Assembly: GCA_043228905.1 (NCBI GenBank) | Contig: JBHGNT010000004.1 | Location: 2,232,001 to 2,296,000, forward strand | DNA length: 64,000 bases | Origin: Azolla caroliniana | Taxonomy: Eukaryota > Plantae > Polypodiophyta | Reading direction: 5' to 3' | Part shown: positions 24,671 through 35,397 of the stretch, one piece after another | How the letters are laid out: every line of letters starts with the position of its first letter | Position numbering within the stretch: position 1 is the stretch's first letter | The notes under the pieces: generated by a model | What the model was told of the DNA's origin: nothing | Seen by the model: only the letters and a program-made list of their open reading frames with translations | Databases searched by the model: none | Position numbers and translations under genes: made by a program

Positions 24671-27600
24671 ATGGAAGGGGAAGAAGGGTGTTTAGAATTA
24701 CCCCTCAATGATCATAAGGATAGGGATGATGTTATCAGGACACAACAAGCCATACGAAACTATTGGGCAGAAAAAAAAGGAAACATCGTCAATTGTTGAA
24801 GGATACGAAAGCCACACTCAGTAAAGGTAAGGATAGTTTAGCTGAGAATGTAAGTAATGCGACTACCATCATAGAGAGAAAGGTTGTAGACTATTTCAAT
24901 GTTCAAACCAAGCACATCAGCAATGAAGAAAAGAAGGTAGTACTTTATGGAATATGTAATGATCCATCGATAAAGGACTTAGTTGATTGTGATGGTCTTA
25001 ATGCAAACATATCATCTATTTTAGTAAATAATCTTCGTAATAGTTTCGTATCCATGAGCAGGTCAGAAGATGATCTTGTCTTAAAAAGGTCTAGTCTAAT
25101 GATGTTACTTAATAGTGATGTTGACGATATAAACATCAGTGAGCTATCTAAGGTAATTGGTGTTAGTAGAAAAACAGTGTACAATACAATGAACCGTATA
25201 ATTTCCTCGGGTGAAGGAACTAGTCTACTAAAGCTAACTACAAGATGTAAGCCAATGACACCCATAACATTTGAAATCAAGGATGTAATCACAATGTTTT
25301 GGACTAATGAGAGTAGGGTTTCACCCAATAAAAAGGATTTATGCAGGAAACGTGTTGGAAGAAATCAATACGAGGAGCATCCCATTCATCTTCTTGATGT
25401 ACCTCAGGTATTTACATTTATCTCAACATTTCTTTTGACTCTACTCGGAAAGTTAATTAGCTCAGTTAGCAGAAAAGCTAATTAGCTTATCAGTTACATT
25501 TACCTCAGTTAGCTAATAGGATCGCTACTACATAGGTAACTAGCTACTCTCAATAGTTACTACCATGATAGCTAATTAGCTATTCTCAATAGCTAATTTA
25601 GGTACTACCAGATAATTAGCTGTACTGCTAGCTAGTTAGCTATCATGGTAGCTAGTTAGCTATTTCGTTATTACCAGCTAATTAGCTACTAGGAAAGCTA
25701 ATTAGCTACCATGATAGCTAATTAGCTACTATGATAGCTACTACATAGGTAACTGGCTACTCTCAATAGCTACTACCATGATAGCTAATTAGTTAGGATA
25801 GCTAATTAGCCACCATTATAGCTAATTAGCTACTAGACCAGCTAATTAGCTACCATGATAGCTAATTAGTTACTAGGACAGCTAATTAGCCACCGTGATA
25901 GCTAATTAGCTACCATGATAGCTAATTAGCTACTATACCAGCTAATTAGCTACCATGATAGCTAATTAGTTACTAGGAAAGCTAATCAGCCACCATTATA
26001 GCTAATTAGCTACTAGACCAGCTAATTAGCTACCACGATAGCTAATTAGCTTTCCTAGTAGCTAATTAGCTACCATGATAGCTAATTAGTTACTAGGAAA
26101 GCTAATTAGCCACCATGATAGCTAATTAGCTACTAGACAAGCTAATTAGCTACCATGATAACTAATTAGTTACTAGGAAAGCTAATTAGCCACCATGATA
26201 GCTAATTAGCTACTAGAGCAGCTAATTAGCTACCATGATAGCTAATTAGCTACTAGGACAACTAATTAGCTACTAGGACAGCTAATTAGCTACCATGATA
26301 GCTAATTAGCTACTACGACAGCTAATTAGCTACCATGATAGCTAATTAGCTACTAGAATAGCTAATTAGCTACCATGATAGCTAATTAGCTACTACGACA
26401 GCTAATTAGCTACCATGATAGCTAATTAGCTACTAGGACAACCAATTAGCTACTAGGACAGCTAATTAGCTACCATGATAGCTAATTAGCTACTACGACA
26501 GCTAATTAGCTACCATGATAGCTAATTAGCTACTAGAATAGCTAATTAGCTACCATGATAGCTAATTAGCTACTACGACAGCTAATTAACTACCATGATA
26601 GCTAATTAGCTACTAGGACAACTAATTAGCTACTAGGACAGCTAATTAGCTACCATGATAGCTAATTAGCTACTAGAATAGCTAACTAGCTACTAGAATA
26701 GCTAACTAGCTACTAGAATAGCTAATTAGCTACTAGGATAGTTAGCTAGTTACGAGAATAACTAATTCCCCTTTATTACGCAGGTCGATTTATTTATTAG
26801 GTTCAAACGAATGCATCCAACTATCAAAGTTCAACTACGAACATTCGAGTCTCTTAAGCCACACTTTGTGAGACGCTTAAAGGATCGATACACATGTTGT
26901 TGCATTTACCATGTACAGATGGGTTTTCTGAAGGACTCTGTTAATCTACTACGTCACCATAGCGCATCCCTAACTAATACAGTTTGCACATGTGGGTGCC
27001 CAATCTGTCGATCAAGCCCGCAAGAGGAGTGTAAATCATCTGAGCACGTTATCTCTTCCATGAGTTATTTATTAGATTCAATATTGTGTCCGAGAGAATC
27101 TGACGCTATCTTCCATATTCATAAATGTGTCATGGGTTTATGTCAAGATTGTGTCCCTACTAGATTTAGGTGGTGTCCAAATGAATTGAGTAGTGAAATA
27201 TTGATCTCTGTGAAGTTATTTGAGTCAGTGAACACCAATTTCGAAGGAAAGGTGTGTAAAAGAAAGGATCTAGTTCGGAAGATGCTTAAACCAAGGGATT
27301 TGGTGTCTCTGTTTGTAGTATCTCTAGGAAAGTTCATTAAACACAACTTCATTTATTCATGGCAGGCCCATCAGTTTAAGACTTGCATATCTGATTTCCC
27401 AAATGATGTAGTAGTCTCAGTAGTAGATTTCGCAGAGAATTATACTTTCAAGCAGCAGAATGAAATTCAATCTATGCATTGGTGTTCAGTTCAGGTAACC
27501 ATTTTTGTGCACATAACATATTTTCGAGTTTCAGGTGATGTTAAAAAAGTAATTCATTTCTTTATTTCCGATGATAAGAAGCATGATACCTTGTTCGTCC

Positions 27601-28624
27601 AACACTGTTTTAAGTTACATTGGCAGTGGTTATTAGCTCAACGTTTGGAGCTTACTCAACATTGGGTCTGGTCTGACGGAGCTGCGTCACAATTTAAGGC
27701 TCGACGTCCATTTTATTTTGTGGGGAGGTATCCTGCTATAACAGGTTTGGAGATGAGATGGAATTTTTTTGGGTCTGCCATGGTAAAGGTGAACATGATG
27801 GTGCAGGGGCTGTTATAAAGTGGGCACTTACCCATGAACAACTAAAGACAGATGGTGTGCACATGAATTGTGCATCACATGTAGTTGAATTTTTAAGAAC
27901 AAATATGTCGACGAGTGCCACAGGTGTTTATTCCTCGCAAGTTCGAGATATCAAACGTGAATTTTGGGAAGTGAAGATAGATGAAGTAAATAGGGAGAAG
28001 ACCTGGGAGTGCCAAGGAATTCCCGAATTGCGATCTCTGCATGCTGTTCGCGGTTATTCCAGGTTGGATGGTCATTGTATTGCGGTTAGAGAATTGACTT
28101 GTTTTTGCTTCCATTGTGTGCAGGGAAATTGGAGATATTGTCTAAACAAAGCATACATTCAGAATTGGGAGTATCACACTCTGAATGATAAGGAAGCAGT
28201 TGATGGAGAAACAGGGCAGAATGCTGACTTCACATATGAGGGACTTGGAGATACTTTGAGTGATGTCCTGAACGTTGGGGATAACTTCGCTGTAAATGCT
28301 GAAGAAGGCAATTCAGAGGGTGTTGATTTCTATATATTAAAGTGCACGGTTAGTAAACAGTGTGCAAGGCAGAATATTGTAGATGCATGGGGAAATTTTG
28401 TATCTGCCGGGACATTCTACATCGAAGGCATTTTTTATGCAAAACTAGATGACTACGAATATGTGTACAGGCTGTTAGAAGACAAACCAGCGGCGTATAT
28501 GTACTCTCATTTGGTCAGATGCATCAACGTCCCAATGTCAGAATACAATAGCTGCTCCGGTTTATACACTGTTGGTGCTAATGTGTATGAATGTATTTAC
28601 AATAGTATGCCATGGAATTTGTAG
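24671..28624 (+). pseudogene. Sola2-like transposase, 2 exons (24671-25407, 26784-28624), with two apparent 1-nt frameshifts
   Basis: In-frame GT..AG splice joins HLLDVPQ|VDLFIRFKRMHP. Motifs DFAENY..QNEIQS.HW, ISDD..HD, WSDGAASQFK, HGKGEHDGAG. Frameshifts at the A-run 24771-24778 and near 27777. Confidence 0.8.
25450..26770. repeat. Intronic array of palindromic TAGCTAATTAGCTA with about 6-nt variable spacers (mostly 20-bp period)
   Basis: Dozens of AGCTAATTAGCT copies filling intron 25408-26783. Confidence 0.95.
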
Positions 28625-29355
28625 CTACAAGTAGCACTTACCATGTTCTCTTGTAAAACAAACATGTATTTCGCGAAAACAGATCAATAAATTCGTTTGG
28701 AATCAATTTCTTGTATACAGTCTGCTTTCTGTGCTTCTTTCTCAATAAAATCATGTCTTTTTTGTTAAGTTTTAAGTTATAAGTTATAGCGAAATAGTCA
28801 TCAGTAGCTAATTAGCTATACAAATGCAGCTAATTAGCTGTACAAATGTATTTACAATAGTATGCCATGGAATTTGTAGCTACAAGTAGCACTTACCATG
28901 TTCTCTTGTAAAACAAACATGTATTTCGCGAAAACAGATCAATAAATTCGTTTGGAATCAATTTCTTGTATACAGTCTGCTTTCTGTGCTTCTTTCTCAA
29001 TAAAATCATGTCTTTTTTGTTAAGTTTTAAGTTATAAGTTATAGCGAAATAGTCATCAGTAGCTAATTAGCTGTACAAATGCAGCTAATTAGCTGTACAA
29101 ATGTATTTACAATAGTATGCCATGGAATTTGTAGCTACAAGTAGCACTTACCATGTTCTCTTGTAAAACAAACATGTATTTCGCGAAAACAGATCAATAA
29201 ATTCGTTTGGAATCAATTTCTTGTATACAGTCTGCTTTCTGTGCTTCTTTCTCAATAAAATCATGTCTTTTTTGTTAAGTTTTAAGTTATAAGTTATAGC
29301 GAAATAGTCATCAGTAGCTAATTAGCTGTACAAATGCAGCTAATTAGCTGTACAA
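28591..29355 (+). repeat. 255-bp tandem triplication covering the transposase stop and 3' UTR
   Basis: ATGTATTTACAATAGTATGCC at 28591, 28846 and 29101; each unit has AATAAA and ends in AGCTAATTAGCT motifs. Confidence 0.95.
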
Positions 29356-29525
29356 ATGCAGCTAATTAGCTATACAAATGCAGCTAATTAGCTGTCAATA
29401 GCTAAATAGTCATCAATAGAATGAAATCAACAATCTGCAACATATTCCTCAAATTACATAGTTGATAAGTACAGTGGGAACAAGTAATTAAATTCTTCAT
29501 TGAATAATGTCATCTCTTTACATAT

Positions 29526-30620
29526 TTATAAATTACCATTGGAAATGTCTACAAATCTCCTATAAACAGCTAAGCTCTTGCTAGTCAGTGGAACGAGTCT
29601 ACATATATTATCCGCATATTGAGCTCGGTATGGAGTCCACAACCATGCACCTAGTTGGCAGCTCACTGTTTGCACCAGGTACTGTTCAGGCATTTCCTCG
29701 GGTAGAATGAGACAGCATCTCCGAATATTGAAGTAGTGTCGGAAATGTTCTGTATCCAAAATCAATGTATTGTCAGCATTATATTCAGGCCAAGTAGCCC
29801 AAAAATCAGAAAGCCTCTTGAATCTTGCAGCTTCCATCTGCTCACAATTTTCTCGTGCCCATTGACCTTTAAAACGACTTCGCCATTTTGGGAAGAATCT
29901 TACCAAACACTTCCACACATCTGATTTTGGTTTTTCACTCCAAATAAACAAATCGAAGTACTCCACAGCCCACTCTAGAAACTGATTTGCGTCCCTCCTT
30001 GGCTGCATATATCTCACACTCATCAAGACTTTATCAAGCTCCAAGATCAAGGCTCTTCGCTCGACTTCTAGTGGTTTAGGTTTCCATTCCTGAAACTGAG
30101 CCGCTGTTACACCATTTTCTGGTAGGATACGATCAATCTCAATCAGCTCAGGTTCGGCTGACACAACTGGTGTCCTTTTCCTCTTTAAACCCCTAGTCGA
30201 CTGTGTTGGGCCTAGCTTCACATTCTGGTGCTCTTGTTTTGTCGACTTAGTTATCAATCCTTGGATTACCTCAGTGCATGTAGCTACTGTTCTGCTCGAT
30301 ATCAGTCCACTGGTATCACATGCTGCATCTACCTGCAACACCAAGTCATCCGTGCTACATGCTGCATCTACCTGCAACACCAAGTCATCCGTGCTACATG
30401 CTTGATCAACTTGTGTGACCAGATCACTTGTGTTAGTTGCTACATCTACTTTCAAGATGGGGCCCTTTAAACATGCCGCAACATCAACAGTATCCACACT
30501 GCCATTGGCCTTACGAGCAATAGAATCAAACCCTTTAGACTCTGCAACATCAGAAAACACCAACATATTCACACTCACAAAGTAACTACTAGTCTCACAA
30601 AACAATATCCTGAACATCAA
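29526..30620 (-). CDS. Transposon-borne FCP1/NIF (HAD) CTD-phosphatase-like protein with N-terminal 13-aa repeats; true 5' end uncertain
   Basis: ALILELDKVL..RRDANQFLEWAVEYFDLFIWS..WARENC..FKRLSDFW..YNADNTLILD follows the FCP1-homology pattern. Intact 364-codon ORF. Confidence 0.65.
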   Translation of the reverse strand: MMFRILFCETSSYFVSVNMLVFSDVAESKGFDSIARKANGSVDTVDVAACLKGPILKVDVATNTSDLVTQVDQACSTDDLVLQVDAACSTDDLVLQVDAACDTSGLISSRTVATCTEVIQGLITKSTKQEHQNVKLGPTQSTRGLKRKRTPVVSAEPELIEIDRILPENGVTAAQFQEWKPKPLEVERRALILELDKVLMSVRYMQPRRDANQFLEWAVEYFDLFIWSEKPKSDVWKCLVRFFPKWRSRFKGQWARENCEQMEAARFKRLSDFWATWPEYNADNTLILDTEHFRHYFNIRRCCLILPEEMPEQYLVQTVSCQLGAWLWTPYRAQYADNICRLVPLTSKSLAVYRRFVDISNGNL

Positions 30621-30790
30621 AGAGTTTCAGTCATAGAACAACACTCTTCAAATTATCTTGGAAAAACATCATAGAGTTCCATTACATAATGTGGATCAAG
30701 CAACAACCAATCTGAGGTTTTACTTGTCCAATAGGATAGTAAAACTTCATAAAACCCTAGCAAAATCCCTAAGCTAACAATCATATCCAA

Positions 30791-33700
30791 CTAAACAGTA
30801 TTTCGCTCCACTACGTCTGGGCCCCTTGACCGAGTAACTGGTCTTGTTCCCGATCGTGGCCCCTTCTTCAGCCTTTTTCTGGTTGGTTCCCCATTTAGCC
30901 TTGCTTCTAGGACCCAATGCGCAAGTGTGTCCTCCTCCGACAACCTTCCCATCGCCTCAGCAGCTAATTGCACATCAGCCGTTTCTTGAACTAGCTTTTC
31001 AAGTACAGAGGGATCTGTTTGGACATTTTCAGTAGTTGGGCTCGGTGGGGTGGAATCAAGGTCTTGAGACTCGAAGAAATGTTGCATCAAGTGTTCATAA
31101 ACACTGTTGTTGTGAACCTCAGTTTTACATGTTGTTTCCACTATTTCATGGCATTTCACATCGTTGCCTAATTCAGTACACTGTTCCAAAAGAATAGGGT
31201 GCAGCTGATCTGAAGGAGATGTGATAGCAGGACTCTTACTTTCAGCCACATTGGCAGTAGTATCCTCATCTGTTGCAGCATCATCAGCACCAGACACATC
31301 ATGTGCCGTCCTTAATCCACAAGATTCTACAATAACATGACAGTTATTTAGGATATCTAATTAGCTACTTTACTAAACTATGGTAGAAGCTAGGATAGCT
31401 AATTAGCTAGTACGATAGCTAATTAGCTAGTATGATAGCTAATTAGGTACTTTACTCAACTATGGTAGTAGTTAGGATAGCTAATTAGGTACTTTACTCA
31501 ACTATGGTAGTAGTTAGGATAGCTTATTAGCTACTAGGACAGCTAATTAGCTGCCAGTAGCTAATTAGCTACTAGGATAGCTAATTAGCTGCCAGTAGCT
31601 AATTAGCTACTAGGATAGCTAATTAGCTGCCAGTAGCTAATTAGCTACTAGGATAGCTTATTAGCTACTTTACACAACTATGGCAGTAGCTACTAGGATA
31701 GCTAATTCGCTAGTAGGATAGCTAATTAGTTGCCAGCAGCTAATTAGCTAGTAGGATAGCTAATTAGCTACTAGGATAGCTAATTAGTTGCCAGTAGCTA
31801 ATTAGCTAGTAGGATAGCTAATTAGGTACTTTACTCAACTATGGTAGTAGCTAATTAGCTAGTAGGATAGCTAATTAGGTACTTTACTCAACTATGGTAG
31901 TAGCTAATTAGCTAGTAGGATAGCTAATTAGCTACTAGGATAGCTAATTAGCTGCTAGTAGCTAATTAGCTACTAGGATAGCTTATTAGCTACTTTACAC
32001 AACTATGGCAGTAGCTAATTAGTTACTAGGATAGCTAATTAGTTGCCAGTGGCTAATTAGCTAGTAGGATACCTAATTAGCTTTTTTACACAACTATAGT
32101 ACTAGCTAATTAGCTAGTACCATAGCTAATTACCTACTAGGATAGCTAATTAGCTACTTTACTAACTATGGTAGTAGCTAGGATAGCTAATTAGCTACTT
32201 TACTAACTATGGTGGTAGCTAGGATAGCTAATTAACTACAATGAAAGCTAATTAGCTACTTTCTCAACTATGTAGTAGCTAGGATAGCTTATTAGCTACT
32301 AGGACAGCTAATTAGCTGCCAGTAGCTAATTAGCTACTAGGATAGCTAATTAGCTGCCAGTAGCTAATTAGCTACTAGGATAGCTTATTAGCTACTTTAC
32401 ACAACTATGTCAGTAGCTAATTAGCTACTATGATAGCTAATTAGCTAGTAGGATAGCTAATTAGTTGCCAGTAGCTAATTAGCTAGTAGGATAGCTAATT
32501 AGCTTTTTTACACAACTATGGTACTAGCTAATTAGCTAGTACCATAGCTAACTAGCTATTAGGATAGCTTATTAGCTACTTTACACAACTATGTCAGTAG
32601 CTAATTAGCTACTATGATAGCTAATTAGCTAGTAGGATAGCTAATTAGTTGCCAGTAGCTAATTAGCTAGTAGGATAGCTAATTAGCTTTTTTACACAAC
32701 TATGGTACTAGCTAATTAGCTAGTACCATAGCTAACTAGCTACTAGGATAGCTTATTAGCTACTTTACACAACTATGGCAGTAGCTAATTAGTTACTAGG
32801 ATAGCTAATTAGTTGCCAGTGGCTAATTAGCTAGTAGGATAGCTATTTAGCTTTTTTACACAACTATGGTACTAGCTAATTAGCTAGTACCATAGCTAAT
32901 TAGCTACTAAGATAGCTAATTAGCTAGTAGCTCATTAGCTGCCAGTAGCTAATTAGCTAGTAGGATAGCTAATTAGAAAAGACTAAGCTTATTAGCTACA
33001 GTATGGTATACCTATTTGTTTTCTCCACTCATTTGGTAGAGTTGTACTGCAATCTCCCAAACAGAATGCAGCAATTCGACAGGCATGTTGAAAACAAAGC
33101 AGATGGTATGTGTGGTTGCATGGTTGTAGGTGAACCAACAAAGACGCAGTTTTGTCCTCCACACCTAACCCGCAAGCGATGCAACGTGCTTGAACTGTCA
33201 ATAAATCAATTTCTGGTTCTACTTCATTTGGTAAGGGAGCAAGAATGTTCAGGTCCAAATCCTGTCTGGTCCTTACCATTCCCTCCACAAAATGTAGCTT
33301 CTTCTTAAGGCAGCTAACTACCTATTCTTGATGAATGTATTGTTCCTTCAACGCAACAGAGAAATTTACCGATTAATTATTCTTGTTGTTGAAAGATACA
33401 CCAACTTTGCTCAGGAATCGTTAACTTACTTGAAGCTTATCCAAATTGTAATCTGCAACAGTATTTACACCTAGAAGGTCCAGGTTCATTGAAAGAACCT
33501 GGATCTCTATTTGCAGTTCTATTTTACGCTGGGGATCCAGTGGCCCCTCTAATTCAAGCTCCTGTTGCGCAACCTATTCCAGATAATGCTTGATTAGCAC
33601 ATTTTACCCGTTATTTATAACACAATCACATACCAGCAAAACAATAGTTACCTGAATCTTATTTCTAATTGTTGTAACAGCAGAAGTAACTTTGCTCTCC

Positions 33701-34918
33701 ATTGCAGAAGCCATTGTGGCTTTCTCTAAATCAGTCTTAAAAAATGCCAATGTCTCACAGGCTTCATGGACATTTTTTAGCATATAGCTAACCAATGTCT
33801 CACCTGTATCATCGACATTGGCTTTCCTTGGGTGTCGGTGTGGTGTATGCCCCCGGTCTTGCTGGGAGTCGGCAGTTGCATCAACAGCTGCCATGCTCCA
33901 AAATCTGTCTATTTTTTGTGCCAAGGTCCCCATCTTTCGGCATCTTTTTACCGATGCCTCACCATAGACTGCCCAAGCTACCCTATACATTTCAGGGTCT
34001 CTAGATTCCTTCGCTGTTTTGCAGTACTCATATGCAAATGCTCTAGCAAATGAAACTGACAACTCATTGTTGACTGGGATCTCCTGATGAACTTTCTGGT
34101 GCAGTCTCATGCAGTCATCGTACAAGTCGGCTCGTACATGCTTCAGCTTGACCTTGCCTTTGACTCTAGGCACTGTATATACTGTCATCCAGTCTATATC
34201 ACTGATCAATTTATCACTTAGGACAGCAGGGTCAACACCCTCGAGTGACAGACCATAGGTGTTGTGGAAGTCCTCCTTTGTCTCGCAAAATTTTGCGAAG
34301 TTTAGCACTCTCGTATACGGAGGAACGAGCCATCTGAAATATCATTTCAGAAATCAGAAATAGTGCAAAATCAGAATATGTGAGAATCAAAAACCCCAAT
34401 CAACAACAACAAAAATGGTGCAAAATCTTTAACTTAGCAAATCAGAAACCCTAATCATAATTTGTATTCAGAAATTTGAAATCAGAAACCCTAATCAAAA
34501 TCTGTAATCAGAAGTTTGAAATCAGAAACCCTAATCAAAATCTGTAATCAGAAGTTTGTAACCAGAAACCTTATTCAGAAATTCTAATCAGAAATTTATA
34601 ATCAAAAACCCTAATCAGAAATTTCAATCAGAAACCCTAATAAAAAATTTCAATCACAAACCCTAATCAGAAATCCTAAGCAGAAATTTATAAACAAAAA
34701 CCCTATTCAGAAATTCTAATTTGTAATCAAAATTTGTAACCAGAAACCCTATTCAGAAATTCTAATCAGAAATTTATAATCAAAAACCCTAATCAGAAAT
34801 TTCAATCACAAACCCTAATCAGAAATTTCAATCACAAACCCTAATCACTAAAGACAGGATTAAACACAAAAAAAGTAATATAAACACACCTGTTGCTACT
34901 CCCCGATTTGCGAGACAT
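30791..34918 (-). CDS. Transposon-borne 5-exon gene, about 566 aa: unknown N-terminal domain, coiled-coil, RING-H2-like finger, acidic tail and basic NLS-like end
   Basis: Exons 34918-34890, 34333-33652, 33573-33430, 33321-33012 and 31326-30791 join in frame with GT-AG borders (1701 nt). RING-like C-x2-C...PCNHTYHLLC...C-x3-C. Confidence 0.7.
31355..33000. repeat. Second intronic TAGCTAATTAGCTA palindrome array
   Basis: Fills intron 33011-31327 of the RING gene; spacers such as CTAGGA, GCCAG, CTTTACACAACTATGG. Confidence 0.95.
34345..34850. repeat. Intronic array of AATCAGAAACCCT / AATCAGAAATTT units (telo-box-like)
   Basis: Many AAACCCTAATC copies inside intron 34889-34334. Confidence 0.85.
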
Positions 34919-35397
34919 CCTTGTATGGGACTCCAAGGACTTCGCCCTATTCGATTTTGGGGAAATATGAATCGGCACCAAAGTTCAGACAGTAGTCAAA
35001 AAGAAAAAACAAATGTTTGGGGTTTCTGTAACTGAAACATACCTGGACGATGATTGAGCGGGTTCTGTGTTGTAGCTCTCAATCTGCAATGTCGATTTTT
35101 TGCTGTTGCGGGAGCTACGTCTGCGTTCGTGCTCTGAGTACTCCATCTGCGTTCAAAATCAGGCTTAGGCTAAACAGGAAATTGATGACATTGAAGTCGA
35201 CCTTAGATGATGGTGATATTCCCCAAGTTCCACTACGTCTGAAACAGAAGTTCAAATATTTGAGTTTTTTCATAAATTAGTTTTTCAAATATTTGATTTT
35301 CCCACAAGAAAGACTAGCTAAACAAATAGCTAATTAGCTATGGCCATTTTAGTAGCTAATTAGCTATAATAGTGTTTCCACTCGCATGCTTTTACCC

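Larger units (their letters stand above)
23236..35397 (+). mobile_element. 12.2-kb Sola2-like DDD DNA transposon with additional genes
   Basis: 25-bp TIRs GGGTGAAAGCATGCGAGTGGAAACA (23236-23260) and TGTTTCCACTCGCATGCTTTTACCC (35373-35397), 1 mismatch; 4-bp TSD TGGT; splits the Gypsy codons EIDQ|HFF. GRG termini plus a 4-bp TSD fit Sola2. Confidence 0.85.

Noticed and set aside
25450-26770. CRISPR-like repeat-spacer appearance of the palindrome array
   Set aside because: Spacers are only about 6 nt and are reused; no cas genes; eukaryotic intron context.
34345-34850. Interstitial telomere
   Set aside because: No contiguous (CCCTAAA)n run; single motifs within a longer unit.
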